Below are positions 17,347 to 26,785 of a stretch of 43,997 bases of DNA, one piece after another. A program made the position numbers and the translations under genes. This stretch comes from an uncultured Muribaculaceae bacterium (GTDB lineage: Bacteria; Bacteroidota; Bacteroidia; Bacteroidales; UBA932): assembly GCA_964502485.1 (NCBI GenBank), contig CAZCXB010000001.1, positions 1-43,997 of the forward strand, in the 5' to 3' direction. Each line of letters starts with the position of its first letter. Position 1 is the first letter of the stretch. A model generated the notes under the pieces. The model made no database searches and was not told the origin of the DNA. It saw only the letters and a program-made list of their open reading frames with translations.

Positions 17347-19274
17347 TGCTCTGTGTTTTTAAATTTTTCGATTAGTCTTACACATCTAAGCAAGGATGCA
17401 ACAGAGGGGGCATAGGAGGTGCATCCGTGTGGCTGATGAGGAGGATCTCCGTCGAACACCTCAGATATAGATCCGATACAGTGAAGGGAGATCTCCTCTT
17501 CAAAAGCGTCAACCAGCTCATTTGCTCTTAACAGAAATGCAGAGCCGTAAATCCTGAACATCGCCTCAATATAGAAACCAAGAAGCCAAACTCTTGCAGT
17601 TCCCTGATGGTAAGCCATATCCCTGGTTAACTGATCTCCATCATACTCTCCTTTATAAAGAGGATTCTTAGGTGAAAGGGTTCTAATACCTCGTACTGTA
17701 AGAAGCTCTTTTTCAACACTTTTAAGCACAACTGCTTTGGTCTCATCATCTATTGGTGAGTAGTTGAATGCACAGGTAAACAACTGATTGGGTCTGGCAT
17801 ACTTGTTTTGCCCCTCCGGACCTACATAGTCGGCAAGGTACTCTCTGTCTTCAATTTTAAAAGCTCTCATAAAGTTCTTCTCTATTCTGCTCTTTATATC
17901 ACTCCATTTCAAGTGGTTAACGGGCTTTCCTGATGCTTGCGAGAGATCAATATACATACATATTGCATTATACCACAGTGAATTTATCTCAATCTGATAC
18001 CCTGCTCGCTCTGTAATAGGAACTCCGTTTGCATAGGCATCCATCCAGGTAAGGGCAACGCCTCTCTCCTCTGCCCACAACAGACCATTCTCATGCATAT
18101 TGGTATTCTCCTTAGAACCGTCTGTATATGAGTTAAGAATCTCCAGAAGAAGAGCTCCATATTTTTTCCATATCTCTCTCCCCTCTCCTGTAAAATCTAT
18201 ATACTGCTGGAGAGTCCAAAAGAGCCATAGAGGGACGTCGGGTTGTGATGTTCTACCTGTGAGATCTCTTCTCTTCTCTCTAATTAATGTATCAACTACA
18301 TCTATAAAGCTCTTTTTGTCGCCTGTTGCGCTGAGAGTCAACCCGGAGAGAGAGAGGAGTGTATCTCTAAGTTTATAGTCCAGCCAAGGGTACCCGGCAT
18401 AGACCATTACATCTTTACCTCTTTTTGTAATAAATTGTCCGGCAGAGATTTTAAGGCAGCTTTTAAAGCTATCCCGATGGTGCTTCTCCTTTAGGTTTTT
18501 TTCGAATTTAAGATTCAGTCCGGAAGGTTTCTCCATATTGACAGATGCCGAAAAGATAATAGATTGACCTTTTTTGATCGGGAGTTCGAAGTAACCGGGA
18601 ACAAATAGATCCTCTTTTGACTCAAAGACTCTTCTGCTCTCCTCCTTATACTCAATATTGTAGTACCAGTCCGGGGAAGATACAAATTCACTTCCTGTAT
18701 TAATCTGAAGATTAAGAGAGGGAAATCCGTTATAGAGACAAAAACTCTTACCCTTCTCAATATCTGTATAGCGTGTATTTGCATCACTGTTTGCCTTAGA
18801 GAGGGAGTGAATGTTTCTGAATGCGAGAAATGGCTTTAGTCTTAGCTTTGTAGGAGAGTGAGCCTCTAATAGAGTATACTTTATAAGAATCTGATCTTCT
18901 TGGTTACAGAACATCATAACCTTTCTTAGAACCATACCTCCAACAGCATAGGTTACAGCAACCACCTTATCTATCTCGAAGTTGGTAATATACTTGTGGC
19001 CTCGAGGTTCATAAACCTCCCCATAACAGTGAATACCCAGATTAAACTCCTTACCGTGCTGAATAAGAGTTTCATCAAGAGAGGATAGCAGGACATGCTT
19101 CGCTCCTCCGAATTGCTCTATAGGCAGAACAAGGAGTCCGTGATACTTTCTGGTGTTGCAGCCCGATATTGTTGTATTCAGATATCCCCCGGCACGGTTT
19201 GTAGAGAGATACTCCCTTTTAAGAGAGTATTCAAGATTAACGAGCTCCTTCTTATTAAACTCTAAATAGGCCAT
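17343..19274 (-). CDS. Glycogen debranching enzyme (amylo-alpha-1,6-glucosidase; GDE_N + GDE_C)
   Basis: NTRKYHGLL, LTWMDA, EINSLWYNA, RPNQ, GIRTLSP, AYHQGT, SISEVFDGDPPH. Confidence 0.92.
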   Translation of the reverse strand: MAYLEFNKKELVNLEYSLKREYLSTNRAGGYLNTTISGCNTRKYHGLLVLPIEQFGGAKHVLLSSLDETLIQHGKEFNLGIHCYGEVYEPRGHKYITNFEIDKVVAVTYAVGGMVLRKVMMFCNQEDQILIKYTLLEAHSPTKLRLKPFLAFRNIHSLSKANSDANTRYTDIEKGKSFCLYNGFPSLNLQINTGSEFVSSPDWYYNIEYKEESRRVFESKEDLFVPGYFELPIKKGQSIIFSASVNMEKPSGLNLKFEKNLKEKHHRDSFKSCLKISAGQFITKRGKDVMVYAGYPWLDYKLRDTLLSLSGLTLSATGDKKSFIDVVDTLIREKRRDLTGRTSQPDVPLWLFWTLQQYIDFTGEGREIWKKYGALLLEILNSYTDGSKENTNMHENGLLWAEERGVALTWMDAYANGVPITERAGYQIEINSLWYNAICMYIDLSQASGKPVNHLKWSDIKSRIEKNFMRAFKIEDREYLADYVGPEGQNKYARPNQLFTCAFNYSPIDDETKAVVLKSVEKELLTVRGIRTLSPKNPLYKGEYDGDQLTRDMAYHQGTARVWLLGFYIEAMFRIYGSAFLLRANELVDAFEEEISLHCIGSISEVFDGDPPHQPHGCTSYAPSVASLLRCVRLIEKFKNTEQ

Positions 19275-19319
19275 ATTTTTATATTTTTATTACGCAAGTT
19301 AATAAATATTTATAACATT

Positions 19320-21314
19320 TTACCTCCCCGCTCTTCCTCTTTTGAGCACCATTGCACTTCTGCAAGGAAGATAGAGAGATAGCTTGTCTCCACCATCTAT
19401 ATTGTAGGTTATATGCTTAATCGACAAATCATTACGTGAGTATCCTCCAAATTTTGAATCATCGGTATCAAGCACAATCTTGTACTCCCCTGCAGGTGCA
19501 TTGAAAACAAGATCTGAGTAGGAGACAATAGGGCTGAAGTTGAAGGCAAATATATACTCCCCTCTTTTAAAAATAAGAATCTGTCTCTCATTATGAATAA
19601 AAAGAGTCTCAGGTCTGTTAATAAATAGAGAGGAGTTGCCCACAGTCGATATCATCGCCTTGTCAAATTTAAGCAGATATGAGTACCTCAGGTTTTTGTC
19701 CAATGATAGTGACCACTGCCTTCTTGCATAGAAAAGCGACCAGCCGTTACCCTCCCTTGGAAAATCGATCCACTCCGGATGGCCAAACTCGTTTCCCATA
19801 AAGTTTAGATACCCGTCACCTGCCATTGATATTGTTGCAAGTCTTATCATTTTGTGTAGAGCAATCCCTCTGTCAACAGTTATCGAGGGGATATCTTTAC
19901 TCATAGATGTGTACATTTCACTATCTATAAGCCTGAATATTATTGTTTTATCACCAACCATTGCCTGATCGTGACACTCTGCATAACTTATTGTTTTTTC
20001 GTCCGCTCTCTTTCCGGTCAGTTCATAAAAGATCTCTGTAACATTCCAATCCTCATCCCTTAACTCCTTTATCCACTTTATCCAGTGGTCGGCAACCCCC
20101 ATACTCATCCGGAAGTCAAATCCTACACCCCCGAACTTAAATGGAGCAGCAAGTCCCGGCATACCACTTACATCCTCTGCAATTGTAATAGCTTGAGGAT
20201 TAATCTCCTTAACAAGCAAGTTTGCAAGGGTCAGATAGACTAACGCATCCTGGTCCTGATTCCCGTCAAAATAGCATGAGTAGTCGGTAAAATCCTTACC
20301 CAGACCATGGTCGTGGTAGATCATACTGGTAATTCCGTCAAAGCGAAAACCGTCAAAATTAAACTCCTCAAGCCAGTATTTGCAGTTTGAGAGCAAGAGG
20401 TGAATAACCTCACTCTTTCCATAGTTGAAACATCTCGATGTCCAGGCAGGATGGTATCCTCTATCACCGCTATGGAAATAGAGATCATCCGACCCATCAA
20501 AAAGGGATAGCCCCTCCAGTACGTTATTGACAGCATGAGAGTGAACGATATCGAGTACTACTGCTATTTTCATGGAGTGAGCTTCATCTATAAGCATCTT
20601 GAGCTCCTCCGGGGTTCCGAACCTGGAGCTGACTGCAAATAGAGAAGATACCTGATATCCGAAAGATCCATAGTAGGGGTGCTCCTGTATGGCCATTAAC
20701 TGAATTGTATTATAGCCAAGTTGAGATATCTTAGGGAGTATGTTTACTCTAAAATAGTTAAAATCGGCAACTCCCGGCTCCTCTGTGCTCATCCCGATAT
20801 GAGCTTCGTAAATAAGTGGATTTTTGACCTTTTTTACCCTCTTGAATCTCCATTCATAGGGAGGGGGACTCCAAACCTGAGCCGCGAAAAGCTTAGTATC
20901 GGGGTCCTGTACAGTACGTGTCGCATATGCAGGAATCCTCTCACCTTCGCCTGTTGACCAGCATATTATCCACTTAAAGAGATCGCCGTGTTTTATAGCT
21001 GAGGCATGAAGCTTGAGCTCCCAGTTCCCTTCACCAATATTTTTTAGACGGTAGTTCTCATCTTTACTCCAGGAGTTAAACTCTCCTGTGAGGTAAACGG
21101 CGGTTGCACCGGGTGCCCACTCGCGGAAAATCCATCCTCCGTCAGAGTCTCTTGTAACTCCATAGAAGAGGTGTGAGTTTACAGATTCACAAAGCCTCTT
21201 ACCATATCCTGCTATCTCATCCCTTCTTATTATACTTGCACTGTATCTGCTCCATATACTCCGCTTCCAGGGTTCAAGCCAGGGATCATCCTTCCATAAT
21301 TTCAGCTCTTCCAT
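19320..21314 (-). CDS. glgB: 1,4-alpha-glucan branching enzyme (GH13)
   Basis: FREWAP, IYEAHIG, EHPYYGSFGYQV, DIVHSH, FDGFRFDGITS, IAEDVSG, YAECHDQ, LNFMGNEFGHPEWIDFPR. Confidence 0.95.
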   Translation of the reverse strand: MEELKLWKDDPWLEPWKRSIWSRYSASIIRRDEIAGYGKRLCESVNSHLFYGVTRDSDGGWIFREWAPGATAVYLTGEFNSWSKDENYRLKNIGEGNWELKLHASAIKHGDLFKWIICWSTGEGERIPAYATRTVQDPDTKLFAAQVWSPPPYEWRFKRVKKVKNPLIYEAHIGMSTEEPGVADFNYFRVNILPKISQLGYNTIQLMAIQEHPYYGSFGYQVSSLFAVSSRFGTPEELKMLIDEAHSMKIAVVLDIVHSHAVNNVLEGLSLFDGSDDLYFHSGDRGYHPAWTSRCFNYGKSEVIHLLLSNCKYWLEEFNFDGFRFDGITSMIYHDHGLGKDFTDYSCYFDGNQDQDALVYLTLANLLVKEINPQAITIAEDVSGMPGLAAPFKFGGVGFDFRMSMGVADHWIKWIKELRDEDWNVTEIFYELTGKRADEKTISYAECHDQAMVGDKTIIFRLIDSEMYTSMSKDIPSITVDRGIALHKMIRLATISMAGDGYLNFMGNEFGHPEWIDFPREGNGWSLFYARRQWSLSLDKNLRYSYLLKFDKAMISTVGNSSLFINRPETLFIHNERQILIFKRGEYIFAFNFSPIVSYSDLVFNAPAGEYKIVLDTDDSKFGGYSRNDLSIKHITYNIDGGDKLSLYLPCRSAMVLKRGRAGR

Positions 21315-21322
21315 ATGGTAAC

Positions 21323-21511
21323 TTATTTAAGAAGAGAGTCGGTCTCATCTCTGTATCCCTTAATCTGCTCCCTACAGAAGTTAATCAGATAGAGTGCCCT
21401 CTTGACCTCCTGTGAAATATTCTCAAGTGGAGTATCCGGGTTTTCAATCTTTTTTGCAAGCTCCTCAAGCTCTTTAAGTGCCTGCATATAGGTAATATTA
21501 CTCTCTTCCAT
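21323..21511 (-). CDS. xseB: Exodeoxyribonuclease VII small subunit
   Basis: TYMQALKELEELAKKIE...VKRALYLINFC; overlaps the end of xseA. Confidence 0.9.
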   Translation of the reverse strand: MEESNITYMQALKELEELAKKIENPDTPLENISQEVKRALYLINFCREQIKGYRDETDSLLK

Positions 21512-22691
21512 TCTCTTTAGATTTTACTGTACAACTTAGATAACCATCCGTTAAGATAAGCTTTAGTGTATCACCGCAGCTGATATCTTTGATACTGCGT
21601 ACTCTCTGACCCTCTCTCAATGCAAGGGTATATCCCTTAACTAGCAGAAGAAGTGGATTTGATGCAGTAATCCTCCTCTCTATAATCTCAAGCTTATGCT
21701 CCTCTTCTCTGTATCTGCTTTTGAGGGAGCTTGATATCCTATCCTTTAACCTCTCAGTTTTAATATTCTCTGTATGAAGTCTCGACTGCAAAGCTAATGA
21801 AACTCTTCTTGATAAAAAAATGAGCTGCTGCTCCTCAGCCGCAAAGAGATCTATTATGTAATCAGCTGCTGCTGTAGGCGTTTTTAAAAAAGTGTGTGAT
21901 ACCATATCTGCAATATGGTGGTCATGATCGTGCCCTATTGCTGTAATTACAGGAATAGGAAAGTGAGCAATATTTATTGCAAGATTATAGTCATCGAAGC
22001 AGACAAGATCCTGGGCTGCTCCACCTCCGCGCAAAATAAGCAGGAGGTCGAAACTATCCGGTATTTCTGCTGCTCTCTCAAGGGCGCCAATTATCCCTTC
22101 CGGGGCACCATCTCCCTGCATTGGGGCAGGGAAGAGTGTTATAGAAAAATTAAACCCGTATTCATTCTCTTCTAAGTGTTTAACAAAATCTCTATACCCT
22201 GCAGCACCCTCTGATGAGATAACAGCCAATCTACGCGGAAGTGAAGGAACTCCAAGAGATGAATTAATACCAAACATCCCCTCACTCTTTAGGCGTGAAA
22301 TAGTTTTTTGTCTTATAAGTTCCTGTTCGCCAATTGTAAAAGAGGGATCAATATCGGATATTACAAGAGAGAGCCCGTAAACCGGTGAGTACTGGACTTG
22401 TGCCAAAACCAGAACAGTTATGCCTTTTGAGAGAGCTCTGCCTGTAGCTGTCTCAAAATATGGTTTTATCATTCTATAGGTTGAGGACCAGATTACAGCC
22501 TGTATCTTTGCAGATATGCTACCTCCCTCTCTCTCCTTATCTATAAGCTCCAGATAACAGTGTCCGCTCGAGTTGACTTTGACCTCTCCGGTCTCTGCTC
22601 TGAGCCAGTATTTTCCGGGAATCGCCTCATCCAGTGCCCCCCTTATTCTCTCTTGCAATTGCGTTAAAGTAATAATCTCCCTGTTTCCCAT
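21498..22691 (-). CDS. xseA: Exodeoxyribonuclease VII large subunit
   Basis: SGHCYLEL, GAAGYRDF, MQG, RGGG, IGHDHD, TPTAAA. ATG 22691 is preferred. Confidence 0.95.
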   Translation of the reverse strand: MGNREIITLTQLQERIRGALDEAIPGKYWLRAETGEVKVNSSGHCYLELIDKEREGGSISAKIQAVIWSSTYRMIKPYFETATGRALSKGITVLVLAQVQYSPVYGLSLVISDIDPSFTIGEQELIRQKTISRLKSEGMFGINSSLGVPSLPRRLAVISSEGAAGYRDFVKHLEENEYGFNFSITLFPAPMQGDGAPEGIIGALERAAEIPDSFDLLLILRGGGAAQDLVCFDDYNLAINIAHFPIPVITAIGHDHDHHIADMVSHTFLKTPTAAADYIIDLFAAEEQQLIFLSRRVSLALQSRLHTENIKTERLKDRISSSLKSRYREEEHKLEIIERRITASNPLLLLVKGYTLALREGQRVRSIKDISCGDTLKLILTDGYLSCTVKSKENGRE

Positions 22692-22717
22692 TATGACCGA
22701 TTTTAACAGACTTCGTA

Positions 22718-22746
22718 CAAATATAAGCAATAATATTGTACCTTTG
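22718..22746. promoter_or_regulatory. Back-to-back -7 promoter boxes for xseA (minus) and engB (plus)
   Basis: CAAATATA 22718-22725 (TATATTTG on minus) and TACCTTTG 22739-22746 on plus. Confidence 0.7.
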
Positions 22747-22762
22747 CGGGGATATATATACT

Positions 22763-23365
22763 ATGAAAATATCTCAGGCCATATTCTCCGGAAGCTCTCC
22801 GTCAATTAAGGAGAGGCCGACGCTGCGACTCCCGGAATTTGCCTTTATAGGCAGATCGAATGTTGGGAAATCATCGCTTATCAATATGTTATGCCGTATG
22901 GGAAAGCTTGCCCATACATCATCCAAGCCGGGAAAGACTCGTCTTATTAATCACTTTTTAATAAATGAATCGTGGTATCTTGTAGACCTTCCGGGTTACG
23001 GTTATGCGAAGATCTCAAAAAAAGAGAAGGAGAGACTCTCAGATATGATAAAGGGGTATATCAATGGTTCGGCAGAGCTTAGAAATCTCTTTGTCCTTCT
23101 CGATTCAAGGCATGAGATCCAAACAATTGACCTCAATTTTATAAATCTGCTTGGAGAGGCGGGGGTTCCATTCTCTATTATCTATACAAAATGTGATAAG
23201 TCAGGGATAAATACTCTAAACGGACGTGTCGAAAAAAACAACTCAACTCTGCTTCAATACTGGGAGGAGCTGCCACCATGGTTTATAACATCTTCTGAGA
23301 CAGGTGCAGGCAGGGATGATGTTCTTGAGTATATTGGAAACAATTTAAAAAATATAAACCCATAA
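22763..23365 (+). CDS. engB: Ribosome biogenesis GTPase EngB/YihA/YsxC
   Basis: GRSNVGKSSLIN, PGKT, DLPGYGYA, TKCDK. ATG 22763. Confidence 0.95.
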   Translation: MKISQAIFSGSSPSIKERPTLRLPEFAFIGRSNVGKSSLINMLCRMGKLAHTSSKPGKTRLINHFLINESWYLVDLPGYGYAKISKKEKERLSDMIKGYINGSAELRNLFVLLDSRHEIQTIDLNFINLLGEAGVPFSIIYTKCDKSGINTLNGRVEKNNSTLLQYWEELPPWFITSSETGAGRDDVLEYIGNNLKNINP

Positions 23366-23367
23366 AT

Positions 23368-24318
23368 ATGGATCACCAGCATAAGATTAAGATTTTTTCC
23401 TGCAGAAGTTCCAGATATCTTGCAGAGAAGATTGCCGACTCATTAAAACTGGAGATTGGAAAGACCTCCGTTACTATCTTCAGCGACGGAGAGTTCCAGC
23501 CTGCCTTTGAAGAGAGTGTACGAGGAGCGACAGTATTCATTGTCCAGTCCACAAATCCGCCGGTTGACAATATCTTTGAACTGTTGCTTATGATTGATGC
23601 AGCAAGAAGAGCATCTGCATATAAGGTAATAGCCGTTATCCCCTACTTCGGATGGGCAAGACAGGACAGAAAAGATCGCCCAAGAGTTCCGATTGGGGCA
23701 AAAATGGTTGCCAACCTTATGGATGCAGCCGGCTGTGACAGGGTGATGACTGCTGATCTGCATGCAGATCAGATTCAGGGCTTCTTCGATTTTCCTGTTG
23801 ATCACATCTATGCCAGCTCAGTATTTCTCCCTTACCTTCGTGATCTTAAACTGGATAACCTCTCTATAGCTGCTCCCGATATGGGTGGCGCAAAGAGGGC
23901 AAATGCATACTCGAGGATACTTGGATGCCCTCTTATTATATGTCATAAATCTAGAGAGAAGGCAAATGTTGTAGGCTCTATGACTGCAATTGGAGATGTA
24001 GAGGGGAGAAACATCGTAATTATAGATGATATGATTGATACTGCTGGGACAATAACAAAGGCAGCAGATATGCTAATGGAGAAGGGAGCACTTAGTGTAC
24101 GGGCCCTTGCAACTCATCCCGTTCTTTCAGGGCCAGCATATGACAGAATAGCAAAATCTCAGCTTAAGGAGGTTATTGTATCCGACACACTGCCGCTAAC
24201 ATCTAATCCTGACACAGATATGTCAAAAATAAAGGTTCTATCTGTAGCAGAGATATTTGCCGATGTTATCGATAAAGTATATAACTATCAATCAATAAGT
24301 ACAAGTTTTATCTTTTAG
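23368..24318 (+). CDS. prs: Ribose-phosphate pyrophosphokinase
   Basis: FSDGE, PYFGWARQDRK, DLHADQIQGFF, DDMIDTAGT. Confidence 0.97.
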   Translation: MDHQHKIKIFSCRSSRYLAEKIADSLKLEIGKTSVTIFSDGEFQPAFEESVRGATVFIVQSTNPPVDNIFELLLMIDAARRASAYKVIAVIPYFGWARQDRKDRPRVPIGAKMVANLMDAAGCDRVMTADLHADQIQGFFDFPVDHIYASSVFLPYLRDLKLDNLSIAAPDMGGAKRANAYSRILGCPLIICHKSREKANVVGSMTAIGDVEGRNIVIIDDMIDTAGTITKAADMLMEKGALSVRALATHPVLSGPAYDRIAKSQLKEVIVSDTLPLTSNPDTDMSKIKVLSVAEIFADVIDKVYNYQSISTSFIF

Positions 24319-24321
24319 ACT

Positions 24322-25161
24322 ATGTTCACACAAAAAGCAGATGTTGTTTACGGTCAGCTGGTCAAAGGTCTATCGGCATTCTTTCGTGATCAGGGTAAGG
24401 AGAGAGCAGTTCTGGGACTCTCCGGAGGTATAGATTCGGCTGTTGTACTTTGCCTTGCTGTTGAGGCGCTGGGGAGAGAGAATGTTCATGCCATACTTAT
24501 GCCATCGCCGTTTTCAACTCTTCACTCTGTTGCCGATGCTGTAGAACTCTCTGATAACTTGAATGTAAAGTATGATATTGTACCTATTGAGGGTATTTTC
24601 AACAGATATCTAAAGGAGCTGGAGGAGCTCTTCTGCTCAGATATAAAAGATATAACATTAGAGAATCTACAAGCCAGGATAAGAGCTAACATCCTTATGG
24701 CATATGCAAACAATACAGGAGCTCTGCTGCTTAACACCTCCAATAAGAGCGAGATGGCCATGGGTTACGGTACTCTTTACGGAGATTTATGCGGAGCTGT
24801 AATGGTTATTGCAGATCTTTACAAGCTTGAGGTGTATGAACTTGCTAAATATATAAACACTATCCATAGAGTTATTCCTCACTCAACATTAACCAAAGAG
24901 CCCTCTGCCGAACTTAGAATAGACCAAAAAGATAGTGACACCTTACCTGAATACTCTGTTTTGGACCCTATTTTGCATTCACTTATAGAGAGAGGGCTAT
25001 CTCAGAAGGAGCTAATAGAGTCAGGGAGCGACAGAGTACTGATAGACAGAATAGTAAAGCTAATGGAAAACTCTGCATTCAAGGTACATCAACTCCCTCC
25101 AATGCTCGCTATTGGGGAGCACCCCTTGTTACCGCACAACAAGTGCTTTAAATGCATATAA
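24322..25161 (+). CDS. nadE: NAD+ synthetase (synthetase domain only)
   Basis: LGLSGGIDSA, ENLQARIR, NKSE, GYGTLYGD, PSAEL, QKDSDTLP. Confidence 0.9.
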   Translation: MFTQKADVVYGQLVKGLSAFFRDQGKERAVLGLSGGIDSAVVLCLAVEALGRENVHAILMPSPFSTLHSVADAVELSDNLNVKYDIVPIEGIFNRYLKELEELFCSDIKDITLENLQARIRANILMAYANNTGALLLNTSNKSEMAMGYGTLYGDLCGAVMVIADLYKLEVYELAKYINTIHRVIPHSTLTKEPSAELRIDQKDSDTLPEYSVLDPILHSLIERGLSQKELIESGSDRVLIDRIVKLMENSAFKVHQLPPMLAIGEHPLLPHNKCFKCI

Positions 25162-25163
25162 TT

Positions 25164-25403
25164 ATGGAACTTATACTACTTACCATTGCTCTTGTAGGCA
25201 TAGCTTTTCTGCTTCTCTCATTCAATATCGTTGTCAGAAAAAACGGGAAGTTTCCCGATACCGAAATAGGTCGTAACAGAGAGATGCGGGCATTGGGTCT
25301 ATCCTGTGCCAAATCTCAGGAGAGGGCTCTCTGGAGGGCAAAAAAGGTTCTCTCGGAGCAGGAGAGCTGCTCATCATGCAGCTGCTGCTCGTCTGACGAA
25401 TAG
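25164..25403 (+). CDS. Small membrane protein with Cys-rich C-terminus
   Basis: N-terminal TM segment, [12 protein letters not shown]-terminal CSSCSCC; fills the nadE-der gap. Confidence 0.72.
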   Translation: MELILLTIALVGIAFLLLSFNIVVRKNGKFPDTEIGRNREMRALGLSCAKSQERALWRAKKVLSEQESCSSCSCCSSDE

Positions 25404-25425
25404 ATCGTCTATTGTAATTATTGAT

Positions 25426-25433
25426 TATCTTTG
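25426..25433 (+). promoter_or_regulatory. -7 promoter box for der
   Basis: TATCTTTG upstream of ATG 25441. Confidence 0.65.
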
Positions 25434-25440
25434 CCCCATT

Positions 25441-26748
25441 ATGAGTATTGTAGCTATAGTAGGACGCCCTAATGTGGGTAAATCTACCTTTTTTAACAGA
25501 CTTGTCGGAATGAGACAAGCTATTGTAGATGAGATAGCGGGTGTAACCCGTGACCGCCATTACGGCAGGTGTGAATGGAATGGACGAGAGTTCTCTGTTA
25601 TTGACACCGGCGGATATGCCGTAAATACCGATGATGTTTTTGAAGAGGAGATAAGGAAACAGGTGCTTCTTGCGATTGAGGAGGCAGATGTTATTCTCTT
25701 TATGTGTGAAATATCAACCGGAATAACCGATTTTGACTATATAATAGCAGATATCCTAAGACGTTCCAAAAAGCCGGTGCTTGTTGTTGCAAACAAGGTG
25801 GATACCGGTGACCGTATGTTTGATATTCACCAGTTCAATATGTTTGGTCTTGGAGAGCCATGGGCTCTCTCATCGGCAAGCGGAAGCGGTTCCGGTGATC
25901 TTCTCGACAAGGTGGTTGAGATGCTGCCGGAAGAGAGTGAAGTGAAAGAGGTGATAAGATTGCCTCACTTCACAATTATCGGGAAACCCAATGTTGGAAA
26001 ATCTTCTTTGGCTAACGCCCTTCTGGGTGAGGAGAGAAACATAGTAACCCCTGTTGCCGGCACGACAAGAGATTCAATATCTACCCGTTACAATAAATAT
26101 GGACATGAGTTCATTTTAGTTGATACAGCAGGACTAAGAAAGAAGACCAGAGTTAAGGAGGATCTTGAATTCTACTCTGTAATGAGATCGGTAAGAGCTA
26201 TCGAGTACTCCGATGTCTGTATCTTAATGCTTGATGCCCAGCTGGGGGTAGAACATCAGGACCTTGCAATTTTCAACCTGATTATTAGAAACAGAAAAGG
26301 GTGTGTTATTGTGGTTAATAAGTGGGATACAATTGAGGACAAAGGGACAAATACCATGAAGGAGTTTACCGCAAAGATTAAAGAGAGAATTGCTCCATTT
26401 AATGATATACCCATTGTTTTTACCTCTGTAATTAACAAGCAGAGGATTCTTGATGTTCTTAATGCAGCTGCCCAAGTACATATAAACAGAAGTAAAAGAA
26501 TACCTACCTCTAAGCTTAATGAGCATATGCTTCCGGAGATCGAGAACAATCCGCCTCCATCAATTAAAGGGAAGTATGTAAGGATAAAATATGTTACTCA
26601 ATTACCTACACCGGCGCCATCCTTTGCATTCTTCTGCAATCTTCCCCAGTATGTAAGGGAGGATTACAAAAGGTTCCTTGAGAATAGACTACGTGAGAAG
26701 TTCGACTTCTCCGGAGTACCGGTACAGATATTCCTCAGACAGAAATAG
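25441..26748 (+). CDS. der: Ribosome biogenesis GTPase Der/EngA
   Basis: Two GTPase domains: [22 protein letters not shown] and [22 protein letters not shown]. The true start is ATG 25441, not 25306. Confidence 0.97.
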   Translation: MSIVAIVGRPNVGKSTFFNRLVGMRQAIVDEIAGVTRDRHYGRCEWNGREFSVIDTGGYAVNTDDVFEEEIRKQVLLAIEEADVILFMCEISTGITDFDYIIADILRRSKKPVLVVANKVDTGDRMFDIHQFNMFGLGEPWALSSASGSGSGDLLDKVVEMLPEESEVKEVIRLPHFTIIGKPNVGKSSLANALLGEERNIVTPVAGTTRDSISTRYNKYGHEFILVDTAGLRKKTRVKEDLEFYSVMRSVRAIEYSDVCILMLDAQLGVEHQDLAIFNLIIRNRKGCVIVVNKWDTIEDKGTNTMKEFTAKIKERIAPFNDIPIVFTSVINKQRILDVLNAAAQVHINRSKRIPTSKLNEHMLPEIENNPPPSIKGKYVRIKYVTQLPTPAPSFAFFCNLPQYVREDYKRFLENRLREKFDFSGVPVQIFLRQK

Positions 26749-26749
26749 A

Positions 26750-26783
26750 GCTCACAAATAGAGCTTTCCAAGGTTTGTGGAGC
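26750..26783. terminator. Possible hairpin between convergent der and kinase genes
   Basis: GCTCACAAA ... TTTGT(G)GAGC imperfect inverted repeat; no U-tract. Confidence 0.3.
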
Positions 26784-26785
26784 GG

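Noticed and set aside
25306..25440. 45-aa N-terminal extension of Der
   Set aside because: It overlaps the small Cys-rich gene; the -7 box at 25426 and the canonical [11 protein letters not shown] start support ATG 25441.
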